IMG/VR virus record: IMGVR_UViG_3300016643_000152
Span: 1 to 34,819 of that record
From: a virus
Lineage: Duplodnaviria; Caudoviricetes
Strand: one strand, 5' to 3'
DNA: 34,819 bases
In this document: positions 1-7,418 of the stretch, piece by piece
Numbering within the stretch: position 1 is the first letter of the stretch
How the letters are laid out: each line of letters begins with the position of its first letter
Notes under the pieces: model-generated
The model's input: only the letters and a program-made list of their open reading frames with translations
Told to the model about the DNA's origin: nothing
Database searches by the model: none
Translations under genes and position numbers: made by a program

Positions 1-2
1 TA

Positions 3-476
3 TTATTTGGCGTTCGGCAAAGTTTCGACCCTGGGCCCGTCGTTTCCATTCTCGCTACCATGTTCCTTGTTCCTCCTCACCTTGTCTGCCAACCATGCAA
101 TGACCTTGCCTTTGTCAGCAGGTATATATTTCCCATCAGCATCTATGTGCAAGGTAACAGGTGCAATGCTTGTCTTCTCATATATAGATTTCGTATCATG
201 ACATGACTTACACAAAGCTAAAAGATTGTTTAAGTTATACATCGAACCACCACGCGTGATAGGTATCATGTGGTCAACGCATCCCTTGTATTCTCCTGGT
301 GTTATGTCTGTCATCACACCAAATACAAGACAACACTCGCATAATGGATTAGCACGACGATAAGCCTTACTCATCTTTGCCCATGCATTATTGTAGTTGC
401 CTTGCTCACCGCTTGGTGTACGGTGTAGCTTGGCTTTATGTATTGTACTGCTTGTTCCTTTGCTTATGTATGGCAT
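3..476 (-). CDS. HNH endonuclease, terminase-associated (HK97 gp74-like)
   Basis: CECC...VDHMIPITRGGS...NNLLALCKSCHDTKS Zn-binding HNH motif. On a circularised map it lies just upstream of the (missing) terS and terL. Confidence 0.9.
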   Translation of the reverse strand: MPYISKGTSSTIHKAKLHRTPSGEQGNYNNAWAKMSKAYRRANPLCECCLVFGVMTDITPGEYKGCVDHMIPITRGGSMYNLNNLLALCKSCHDTKSIYEKTSIAPVTLHIDADGKYIPADKGKVIAWLADKVRRNKEHGSENGNDGPRVETLPNAK

Positions 477-1466
477 TTATATTCCCTTTAGTATCTCCCA
501 GCGTTTCCGGTTTAGTAAATCTATGTGTAATGTTTCACGAATGTATGTTCTTCCTGCTTTAACGTAATCGGCTTTGTCTATGTTGCCATTAACTATATCC
601 GTTACAAATTCCAGGAATTGAGCAGAATCAGTATACTTAATCACACCAGGCATATTAAATTCTGGAAAGTAATTATCAGCTAATACAGGCATACCGTTTG
701 CAATACACTCAATAGCAAATATATTACTTTTACATAAATTAAAATCATTGCGCACTAATGGATAGAATCCAAAGTCACCTTCTATTCGCTGCATAAATGT
801 AAAGTAAACAAACATAGAAGACCAGTCAACATTAATAGCTTTCTTGTTTAAGTCATACATCATAAACTTATTTAAGCCAAAGAAAGTAACTTCTGTATCC
901 ATTTCAAGCATCTGATTTATCTCAGCCTTTACCGTATGTAAATCCGCAAAGTGTGTAGATCCTCCACGCCAAACAAACCTTGTAGGTTTATGTTGTTCTT
1001 TTACATCAAACATTGGTAAGTCAGTAGGATTCCAACCATTAGGTATGACAAACATTGGTATCTTTCCCTGGCACATTGGATAGTACAGGTCATATAGCTT
1101 TTTGGTAGAGACAATGACTGCATCTGCAAATAGAAAAGTATCTGCAATTTGTTTTTGTACTTTCGGATTGCTGAAATAGTGTGCTGCTGGATTGTCATCC
1201 GGTACATCTAAAAGATGATCATCAAAATCTATAATCACCTTCTTCCCCATCCGCTTCGCATCCGCCATAATGCCAAGGCTTGCCGTTGAATTAGGCCGTT
1301 GAATCAAAACAATGTCAGTGTTATAAATGTCATACCACATTGCTTTTTCCTGCTGACAAATAATGTGTTCAAACTTCTTTTGTAATGCTAACCTTGTAAA
1401 TGGGCCAATGCTACGATAATAATCGGTAGCTTGGCTTTTGCTTGATGTAAATGTGGTTAACTTCAT
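477..1466 (-). CDS. Glycosyltransferase, GT-B fold (GT4-like), copy 1
   Basis: IQRP, KVIIDFDDHL, ADAVIVST, VIPNGW, WRGGSTH, PLVRNDFNLCKSNI..E..ANGMPVLA motifs typical of phage/bacterial GT-B enzymes. Paralogue of 25763..26734. Confidence 0.8.
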   Translation of the reverse strand: MKLTTFTSSKSQATDYYRSIGPFTRLALQKKFEHIICQQEKAMWYDIYNTDIVLIQRPNSTASLGIMADAKRMGKKVIIDFDDHLLDVPDDNPAAHYFSNPKVQKQIADTFLFADAVIVSTKKLYDLYYPMCQGKIPMFVIPNGWNPTDLPMFDVKEQHKPTRFVWRGGSTHFADLHTVKAEINQMLEMDTEVTFFGLNKFMMYDLNKKAINVDWSSMFVYFTFMQRIEGDFGFYPLVRNDFNLCKSNIFAIECIANGMPVLADNYFPEFNMPGVIKYTDSAQFLEFVTDIVNGNIDKADYVKAGRTYIRETLHIDLLNRKRWEILKGI

Positions 1467-1621
1467 TTTGTGAAATTATCTAAAATGTGTTCAACTGTTT
1501 TCTCAAGGCTAACACGTTTTGATGAATTGTAGCTAAGATTTAACTGTATTTTCAACAGCTTATCATACACCTCAGGCTTTAATAATACCCCTTTCTTTTT
1601 AGGCACATTTTCTTTTGACAT
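1463..1621 (-). CDS. 52-aa putative ribbon-helix-helix DNA-binding protein (not in ORF track)
   Basis: Translated by hand: MSKENVPKKKGVLLKPEVYDKLLKIQLNLSYNSSKRVSLEKTVEHILDNFTK. Its TGA overlaps the GT start (ATGA). Strand-helix-helix pattern; first gene after the leftward promoter. Confidence 0.6.
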   Translation of the reverse strand: MSKENVPKKKGVLLKPEVYDKLLKIQLNLSYNSSKRVSLEKTVEHILDNFTK

Positions 1622-1640
1622 ATTTTTTTATCATTTTATG

Positions 1641-1673
1641 TTGCAAATATATATAAATAATATAACTTTGCAA
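1641..1673. promoter_or_regulatory. Back-to-back divergent Bacteroidota-type promoters
   Basis: TAACTTTG at 1663-1670 (+) and TATATTTG at 1651-1644 (-) both match the TAnnTTTG -7 box, and lie exactly at the strand switch. Confidence 0.75.
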
Positions 1674-1687
1674 ATAAAAATATATTT

Positions 1688-2074
1688 ATGATTAAACTTA
1701 TCGTATCTGGAAGAGTTGGAAGCGACGCACAATTAAAAAGTGTTGGTGATACTATGGTATGCTCCTTTTCCATTGCCCACACCGAAAAGGTGTATGGTGC
1801 TAATCCATCAGAGAAAACTATTTGGGTAGCTTGTAGCATTTGGGGAGAGCGTGCCGAAAAACTATCTCCGCACATTACCAAAGGAAGTTTTCTTGTAGTT
1901 GAAGGTAGCGGAGGAGTAAATGCATACCTAAAAGACGGCCAGGCCTCTGCAATGATAAATTGCCGTGTTACTTCCTTAGAATTTGGTGGAAAGCCTGCTA
2001 CTGAAACAACAATAACTACTCCGCCAACTGGCAAAGTGACATTTGAAGGAGTAGATGGTGATTTACCATTTTAA
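1688..2074 (+). CDS. ssb: Single-stranded DNA-binding protein
   Basis: GRVGSDAQLK, FSIA, W..CSIWG..AE, KGSFLVVEG OB-fold pattern and acidic DGDLPF C-terminus. Confidence 0.93.
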   Translation: MIKLIVSGRVGSDAQLKSVGDTMVCSFSIAHTEKVYGANPSEKTIWVACSIWGERAEKLSPHITKGSFLVVEGSGGVNAYLKDGQASAMINCRVTSLEFGGKPATETTITTPPTGKVTFEGVDGDLPF

Positions 2075-2092
2075 TTTTTAAAAACGAATAGT

Positions 2093-2887
2093 ATGAAAAA
2101 TGAATTTGAATGGGATATATACTCCCCAATCACTCAAAGCCGTGATCAAAAGAAAGCATGGCTATTACTCGTAATAATGATAATGGTGTTGTGTGTTTCT
2201 TTCATGGGCAATGCCTCACCAAAGCGCACCAAAGACATACCTGATCCGTACAAAGAATATCCGCAGGAATTTCCTCAGATAGATATGAAAAACCTACCGG
2301 GCAAAGAAATAAAAAATCTTGACAAAGAGGAGTTGTTAGAGTATTTAGATGTTAGAGGCTTTCGAAGGTTGGAAGGAAAAAACATTGTCGAATTAAGACG
2401 TATTTGGTTAGCCTATATGTATGACAGTTTTTTTTATACAATGCACAAAAAAACAAACCTTCCAATCTCCGTTATCTATGCCTTCTTTATCATTGAAGCA
2501 ACTAACAATGGCATTGAAAGTAATTTGATGGCTAAAGCCTTAAATCCTGGTGGCATTAAATACCGAGGAACAGGCAGCAAAGTAAAAGCGATGGATGACT
2601 GCTATAAAAATGGCAGAAAGATACCCTGCTCCTTCCAGGCATTCAACTCATACGATGCCATGGTGCAAGGCTGGGCAGATGTGTTGAACTTGCCGAGGTA
2701 TAAGAAGTGTAAAAGGTTTGTATTTAAAGAATTTAACAGAGGAATGACTGCAAAAGAAATAGTGAATGAAACGTGCAAATGTTTTTACAAATCAGGCTAC
2801 CATACCAGTAATCTTTGGAAAGTGAGAAGTAATTTATCAACGGAATACTGGACAATGAAAGCCAGTTTTCCCATAATGGAATTTTAA
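2093..2887 (+). CDS. GH73/FlgJ-like peptidoglycan glucosaminidase with N-terminal membrane anchor or signal
   Basis: PISVIYAFFIIE (catalytic Glu), NPGGIK, FQAFNS, PRY, GYHT (YxT motif). Hydrophobic segment AWLLLVIMIMVLCVSFM near the N-terminus. Confidence 0.7.
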   Translation: MKNEFEWDIYSPITQSRDQKKAWLLLVIMIMVLCVSFMGNASPKRTKDIPDPYKEYPQEFPQIDMKNLPGKEIKNLDKEELLEYLDVRGFRRLEGKNIVELRRIWLAYMYDSFFYTMHKKTNLPISVIYAFFIIEATNNGIESNLMAKALNPGGIKYRGTGSKVKAMDDCYKNGRKIPCSFQAFNSYDAMVQGWADVLNLPRYKKCKRFVFKEFNRGMTAKEIVNETCKCFYKSGYHTSNLWKVRSNLSTEYWTMKASFPIMEF

Positions 2888-2888
2888 G

Positions 2889-3470
2889 ATGGTTGATCAC
2901 AAATATTTTTTTGACAAATCTGTTGAACTTGGTTTTACAACGCGTGACTATGAATCACTTGTTAACTTGCATGAAAATGGAGCATGGACATTGAAGATAA
3001 TGGGATGTACATCTGTTTTTGAATTTGGTAGCGGATTAGGTTTCTTTTTATCTGCCTGCCAGCGAATTGGCTTATATAGACACGTCGGCTTTGACATTAA
3101 TCCCTATGAACGTGATTTTGCAATTAGCAAAGGTGTTGCACCGGAAAAGTATTTAATTGGTGATTTTGCGAAAATAAAATTAGGCAAGTATGATGCTATC
3201 TATTCAACAGAAGTATTTGAACACATGACAGATGAGGAATTGAATAAAGTTCTGCCAAAGTTATACAAAGCCTGCAACAAGTATTTTTATTTCACCTCTA
3301 CACCTTTCTACTCCGCTGACCCAGCCTTTGACAAGGAATGGGGACACATTAACATTAAGCAAAAAGAGGAATGGATAGCGTTATTTTATCATCACGGCTT
3401 TGATTATTTGCAGGATGCGAAGGATGTGTGTAGCTGGGGAATGATTTTTAAAAAGAAACAAAATATGTAA
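2889..3470 (+). CDS. Class I SAM-dependent methyltransferase (glycan/small-molecule type)
   Basis: VFEFGSGLG motif I, GFDIN, YDAIYSTEVFEHM, GHIN. No DNA-methyltransferase catalytic motif (DPPY/NPPY/PC) seen. Confidence 0.8.
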   Translation: MVDHKYFFDKSVELGFTTRDYESLVNLHENGAWTLKIMGCTSVFEFGSGLGFFLSACQRIGLYRHVGFDINPYERDFAISKGVAPEKYLIGDFAKIKLGKYDAIYSTEVFEHMTDEELNKVLPKLYKACNKYFYFTSTPFYSADPAFDKEWGHINIKQKEEWIALFYHHGFDYLQDAKDVCSWGMIFKKKQNM

Positions 3471-3478
3471 ATATTTGT

Positions 3479-3486
3479 TACATTTG
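3479..3486 (+). promoter_or_regulatory. Bacteroidota -7 promoter box
   Basis: TACATTTG matches TAnnTTTG, directly upstream of the structured leader. Confidence 0.6.
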
Positions 3487-3490
3487 TATA

Positions 3491-3584
3491 TCCTTTTGAA
3501 TCAGGTAGGAGCGATTCAAAAGGTATTTGAAACAAATCTTTGTTTCACCTTGCTCAATGGACTCCTACCCGTTGAGCATTTTTT
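3491..3584 (+). ncRNA. Three-hairpin structured leader or small RNA ending in an intrinsic terminator
   Basis: Stems 3492-3502/3513-3523 (11 bp), 3528-3535/3540-3547 (8 bp) and 3551-3560/3569-3578 (10 bp) followed by T6. Loop 1 GGTAGGAG is complementary to CTCCTACC in loop 3. Confidence 0.65.
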
Positions 3585-3595
3585 ATTTTATTAAA

Positions 3596-4099
3596 ATGGA
3601 TAGTAAAGAAGTAATTTTAAAAATTTACAAAGCTATTTTAAATGGCGAAGTAGAGGTTTCAGACGTAAAACAAAACTGGGATAATGCAATGATTTTACAT
3701 TTTCAACAATTAAAAAATTCAAACTTTGAAAAGTTTGTTTTTGATTACAAGGATGAAATGAATAAAATTTCACTTAATGAATTTGAAGAAAATTACAAAA
3801 ATTATAAAAAAAATACACCTGAGGTAAAACAAAGAAAATATGCTGAAAGAAAACATACTTATATTTTAGTAAATAAAGCAAACAATAGATATAAGATTGG
3901 CGAATCAATTAATCCAAAGGGAAGGTTAATTACACTTAGAAGCGAAGAACCTGAAATAGAATTTTTATACTTATGTAAATCTACTATTGTAAGCGAAAGT
4001 CAACTGCATAATGAATTTAAAAATAAAAGGCATATTGGAGAATGGTTTAATTTAGAAGAAAATGATTTGTTAAAAATTAAAAAAATGATGCAATTATGA
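3596..4099 (+). CDS. GIY-YIG family (T5orf172/MUG113-like) protein
   Basis: TYIL...YKIGES..PKGRL..L...ESQLHNEF..KRHIGEWFNL. Start moved to the in-frame ATG at 3596 because the TTG start at 3527 lies inside the hairpins. Confidence 0.8.
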   Translation: MDSKEVILKIYKAILNGEVEVSDVKQNWDNAMILHFQQLKNSNFEKFVFDYKDEMNKISLNEFEENYKNYKKNTPEVKQRKYAERKHTYILVNKANNRYKIGESINPKGRLITLRSEEPEIEFLYLCKSTIVSESQLHNEFKNKRHIGEWFNLEENDLLKIKKMMQL

Positions 4100-5049
4100 T
4101 AAACATTGATACAAGACTTTTACCTAAGGTGACACCTGACGAATTGTTTTTACTTTGCCATATTGTAAATTTTATGAATGAAAATCGTATGTGTTTTCCA
4201 TCAAACAAAAAATTAATTGAACAATGTAGATTTAGCGATTCAAAGATTTTAAGGGTTAAAAATGAATTGGTAGCTAAAAAGATTATAAGCGTTAAACAAA
4301 GATTTAGACCTGATGGCAGTCAAACTTCAAATATTTATAAAATAGAATCTGAATATATTGGTGTTTTTGTAACTGGAAAAAATATGTCAAATTTGAATAC
4401 CCACCCCTTCACCGATGAAGAGGGGGACACCTTTAATACTGAAGGGGGGACATCTTCAAAAATGAATACCCTTGAAGTATTAACTAATAGAAGTATTAAA
4501 AACAAAGAAGTATTAAGTAGTTGTGAATTTGAAAATTCACCGCCTTTTGAAGCAGAAATAAAAAATCCTTTCTCTCGCCAATCCTACCATGATTCTCTGA
4601 CCTATGAGCAAGGTGAAAAAGAAAAAGAAAAAACTTCGGGTAAAAAAGAAAAAGAAAATGAGCCGAGCAGAGCCGAGCGCCAGCCTTCCGAAACCTATTC
4701 CGCCTTCGCTACTTTCTGCTCTACCTATGAACGCTTAGCCGGTGTAACTTATCCATCTGATAATGGCAATTATATTATGACTGCTAAAGATGGTGCTAAT
4801 TGTAAAAAATTAGTGCAATGGCTAAAGAAGGTAAGCGCAACGGAGCAAGGTGCAGAGGAGATGGTTGCAACATTTACAACTGCTGCCTGGCAGATAAGCG
4901 ATAAATGGCTGAAGGCTAATTTTACTATAAGCAATATTTACTCCCAAGCCAATAATATTTATACTAAATTTATGTATGACAACCCAGTTGCAAAGGAGAA
5001 AAGAAGGCAGGCTGAAATTGATAAATTAGTAAACGAATTTACACTATGA
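4096..5049 (+). CDS. Replication initiator (lambda O-like position, N-terminal winged HTH)
   Basis: CFPSNKKL...SDSKILRVKNELVAKKIISVKQR...QTSNIY HTH_36-like pattern. Low-complexity middle segment carries iterons. Confidence 0.8.
   Translation: MINIDTRLLPKVTPDELFLLCHIVNFMNENRMCFPSNKKLIEQCRFSDSKILRVKNELVAKKIISVKQRFRPDGSQTSNIYKIESEYIGVFVTGKNMSNLNTHPFTDEEGDTFNTEGGTSSKMNTLEVLTNRSIKNKEVLSSCEFENSPPFEAEIKNPFSRQSYHDSLTYEQGEKEKEKTSGKKEKENEPSRAERQPSETYSAFATFCSTYERLAGVTYPSDNGNYIMTAKDGANCKKLVQWLKKVSATEQGAEEMVATFTTAAWQISDKWLKANFTISNIYSQANNIYTKFMYDNPVAKEKRRQAEIDKLVNEFTL
4386..4516. repeat. Putative replication origin: four iterons plus three AT-rich repeats
   Basis: TTCA-N4-TGAA-like units at 4386, 4408, 4432 and 4455; GAAGTATTAA at 4474, 4490 and 4507. 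Confidence 0.7.
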
Positions 5050-5285
5050 CACCAAAACAAAAAGCAGACGAAATTTTCACCCATTACCACAACCTCATCC
5101 AGGAACAAGGCGGAGAACTTGGACAGGAGATACTTGTATCGATCCTGGCAAGGCAATGCGCTATGTATGCGTTAGGGTTATTAGTAAAAGAAACATTAGA
5201 ACTTTCAAAAGAATATTCTAATAATTTTATATACATATACTGGTTAAGGGTACAAGAAGAATTAGAAAAAATTGAAAACTTATGA
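5046..5285 (+). CDS. Hypothetical protein (MTPKQKA...YW..V..E..K family)
   Basis: ATGA-coupled to both neighbours; resembles 5282..5512. Confidence 0.7.
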   Translation: MTPKQKADEIFTHYHNLIQEQGGELGQEILVSILARQCAMYALGLLVKETLELSKEYSNNFIYIYWLRVQEELEKIENL

Positions 5286-5512
5286 CACAATCACCCAAAC
5301 AAAAAGCAGCATATTTAATAGATAAATTTAGCGACCGATACCAAGTTTTAGATGTATTTGATGGATGGAAAGAATTTATTGATTATTCGAGATCAAAAAC
5401 TAATGCATTAATTGCCGTAGAAATTATAATAAATTGTGTTTTTTGTAATAAAAATGAATCTGAACACAAAAATTATTGGAAAAAAGTTAAACAGGAAATT
5501 GAAAACTTATGA
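5282..5512 (+). CDS. Hypothetical protein, paralogue of 5046..5285
   Basis: PKQKA N-terminus and YWKKVKQEIENL C-terminus; ATGA coupling. Confidence 0.7.
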   Translation: MTQSPKQKAAYLIDKFSDRYQVLDVFDGWKEFIDYSRSKTNALIAVEIIINCVFCNKNESEHKNYWKKVKQEIENL

Positions 5513-5706
5513 ACAGAACGGAATACCTTAAAGCATATATGCGTAAATGGTACGCAAACATCAAAGAAAACCAACCCGAGCGTTACAGGGCCATGCGAGA
5601 CCGTGAAAACAAGGTAAGGAGGGATAAATGGAGGGATGATGCAGAGTACAGGGAAAATAAGATGGAGTATGTTAGAATTTGGAAAAAAATAAATAAGGAA
5701 AAATGA
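5509..5706 (+). CDS. Small basic R/K/Y-rich helical protein
   Basis: ATGA coupling; EYLKAYMRKWY-type sequence. Confidence 0.6.
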   Translation: MNRTEYLKAYMRKWYANIKENQPERYRAMRDRENKVRRDKWRDDAEYRENKMEYVRIWKKINKEK

Positions 5707-5909
5707 TGACAAAGGAAGAAAAGCAGGAGTATAACCGCGCCTACCGGGCAAGGCCTGGAATGAAGGAAAAACTAAATAATTACTACCGCATTTACCGACA
5801 GTTAAATAAGGAAGTAATACAAAAAAGCAATTCAGAACGCTATTATAAACGTAAACTAAACAGACAAATCAATGACCAATCTAACGAAGTACCAACCACG
5901 GAACAATGA
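5703..5909 (+). CDS. Small basic R/K/Y-rich helical protein
   Basis: ATGA coupling; EYNRAYRAR, NYYRIYRQ. Confidence 0.6.
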   Translation: MMTKEEKQEYNRAYRARPGMKEKLNNYYRIYRQLNKEVIQKSNSERYYKRKLNRQINDQSNEVPTTEQ

Positions 5910-6609
5910 AGAATTAACCATTATTGAGCAAAGAGCCAACCGCATTGCCAAGCTTGACGCAAAGGATGCATACAGGGATGTGTTAAACACTATCAGCTCA
6001 CTTTTCCCTCTTTACGGCATTGATGGCGATGTAACTTTTTATTCATCTGTTGCTAAAGAGATCATCCAGACTTTTGGACAAATTTCGTCAAAAGAAATAG
6101 AGATAGCCTTTCGCCTATTTTCAGCGGAATCCTTGGAACTTGATGATGACATAAAATTTTACGGAAAAGTAAATATGCATACTATTGGCAAAATATTAAA
6201 CGCATATATGGTATTTCGCCGTCGGATTATTGCCGCACACGACTCAGAGCAGGAAGCCATGCGCATAAATGCCGACATGGAAGAAAGGGCAAGGCAAACA
6301 AAGGAAGATATATATAATAATTTCCCACAAATGATAAAAGACTTTAAAGGCACTTGTTATGATGATTTACCATTATACTGGTTTGACATTGCGACAAATT
6401 TAGGTCTTATAAACTACGAAGAAGGAGAAAAAGCAATCCTATGGGAGAAAGCTAAAGCAGCAGCATTGGAGGAGCAGCCAGAGGCAATGGATTTAATGAC
6501 TATCAGAATCCACAAAAAAAAATTAGAGCAGGGCAACACATCAAGGGCAGTTGTAATTGCTAAAAAGATGGTAATGTGGAGAAAGTTGTTTAATAAAGAA
6601 ATAGGTTGA
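5872..6609 (+). CDS. Hypothetical protein, possible helicase-loader or lambda P-like partner
   Basis: 245-aa ORF downstream of the initiator; function inferred from position only. Confidence 0.45.
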   Translation: MTNLTKYQPRNNEELTIIEQRANRIAKLDAKDAYRDVLNTISSLFPLYGIDGDVTFYSSVAKEIIQTFGQISSKEIEIAFRLFSAESLELDDDIKFYGKVNMHTIGKILNAYMVFRRRIIAAHDSEQEAMRINADMEERARQTKEDIYNNFPQMIKDFKGTCYDDLPLYWFDIATNLGLINYEEGEKAILWEKAKAAALEEQPEAMDLMTIRIHKKKLEQGNTSRAVVIAKKMVMWRKLFNKEIG

Positions 6610-6643
6610 TTTTGGTTAATAGTTTTTAGGTTTACGATGGTTG

Positions 6644-6676
6644 AGTGTGCGGAATTGACTGCACACTTTTTTTTTT
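6644..6676 (+). terminator. Intrinsic terminator
   Basis: AGTGTGCGG/CTGCACACT stem, 6-nt loop, T10. Confidence 0.85.
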
Positions 6677-6731
6677 ACTTTTTTTTAATTATTTTTTTTA
6701 TAATTTATATACAACTTATAATTTTTATTAT

Positions 6732-6739
6732 TATCTTTG
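6732..6739 (+). promoter_or_regulatory. Bacteroidota -7 promoter box
   Basis: TATCTTTG after a very AT-rich tract, about 45 nt upstream of ATG 6784. Confidence 0.65.
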
Positions 6740-6783
6740 ATTGTCAATAAGACAAAGCATTCATCACAACAAAAACAAACATC

Positions 6784-6981
6784 ATGACAAACGAAACTCA
6801 AAAAATTGAACAATCAAATTACTACAATGTAATTGACAGTATGGGCAGACCGACAAGTATCTACTATTGTGCGTCCAATATTAAGGAGGCAAATAAAATG
6901 TTTAAAGCTGATACGGCTAACTATCAAAAACATTCTTACGGTAAATTAAGAAGAGGATACAATGGCGGAGTTAGAGGTTAA
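6784..6981 (+). CDS. Hypothetical early protein
   Basis: A/C-rich leader (ACAAAAACAAACATCATG) after the promoter. Confidence 0.65.
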   Translation: MTNETQKIEQSNYYNVIDSMGRPTSIYYCASNIKEANKMFKADTANYQKHSYGKLRRGYNGGVRG

Positions 6982-7162
6982 AAGAGAAAATAGGGGAAGC
7001 ACTCGCAAAAATGCAAGTGCTAAACCTAAATACTCTGAACAAACTAAAACGGTTGCATTTCGCTGTCCATTGTCAAAGCTTGATGAGCTAAAAATTATAG
7101 TCAAGTCTAAAATTAACTACTTAACCGGGCAGCGCCCCCAGCTGCCCATTTTTTTTTACTAA
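6962..7162 (+). CDS. Putative RHH-like DNA-binding protein with basic N-terminal arm
   Basis: RGSTRKNASAKPKYSEQTKTVAFRCPLSKLDELK resembles RGG.R.GAGRKP-RHH proteins. The 3' end runs through a terminator. Confidence 0.45.
   Translation: MAELEVKRENRGSTRKNASAKPKYSEQTKTVAFRCPLSKLDELKIIVKSKINYLTGQRPQLPIFFY
7127..7157 (+). terminator. Intrinsic terminator
   Basis: GGGCAGC/GCTGCCC stem followed by A and T9. Confidence 0.7.
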
Positions 7163-7172
7163 AACAAATACT

Positions 7173-7418
7173 ATGATATCAGAACACCGTTATTCAGCGA
7201 TAAGGCAGGCATTTTATGAAATCGCCATTTATTGCCTTGTTCAAAATCAAAATACCTTACTTGGTTTACAAAGGCTAAAACACATGAAAGAAATAATTGA
7301 CAGAGTAGAAGTAAGTAACGATCTCGATGACATAAACTACAATCATCGATATTTCAAAAATGTATTAGAATCAGCAATTATTGAAACAGAAACATTTATC
7401 AAAAACAATAATATATGA
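7173..7418 (+). CDS. Hypothetical protein
   Basis: A-rich start; ATGA-coupled to the next gene. Confidence 0.6.
   Translation: MISEHRYSAIRQAFYEIAIYCLVQNQNTLLGLQRLKHMKEIIDRVEVSNDLDDINYNHRYFKNVLESAIIETETFIKNNNI

Noticed and set aside
3527-3595. N-terminal extension of the GIY-YIG ORF from the TTG start
   Set aside because: It runs through the hairpins and terminator; ATG 3596 has a typical A-rich context.
6610-6643. T/G-rich tracts before terminators (also 11514-11539) resembling antisense copies of translation start regions
   Set aside because: I could not find a convincing exact complementary target in the window; may be compositional.
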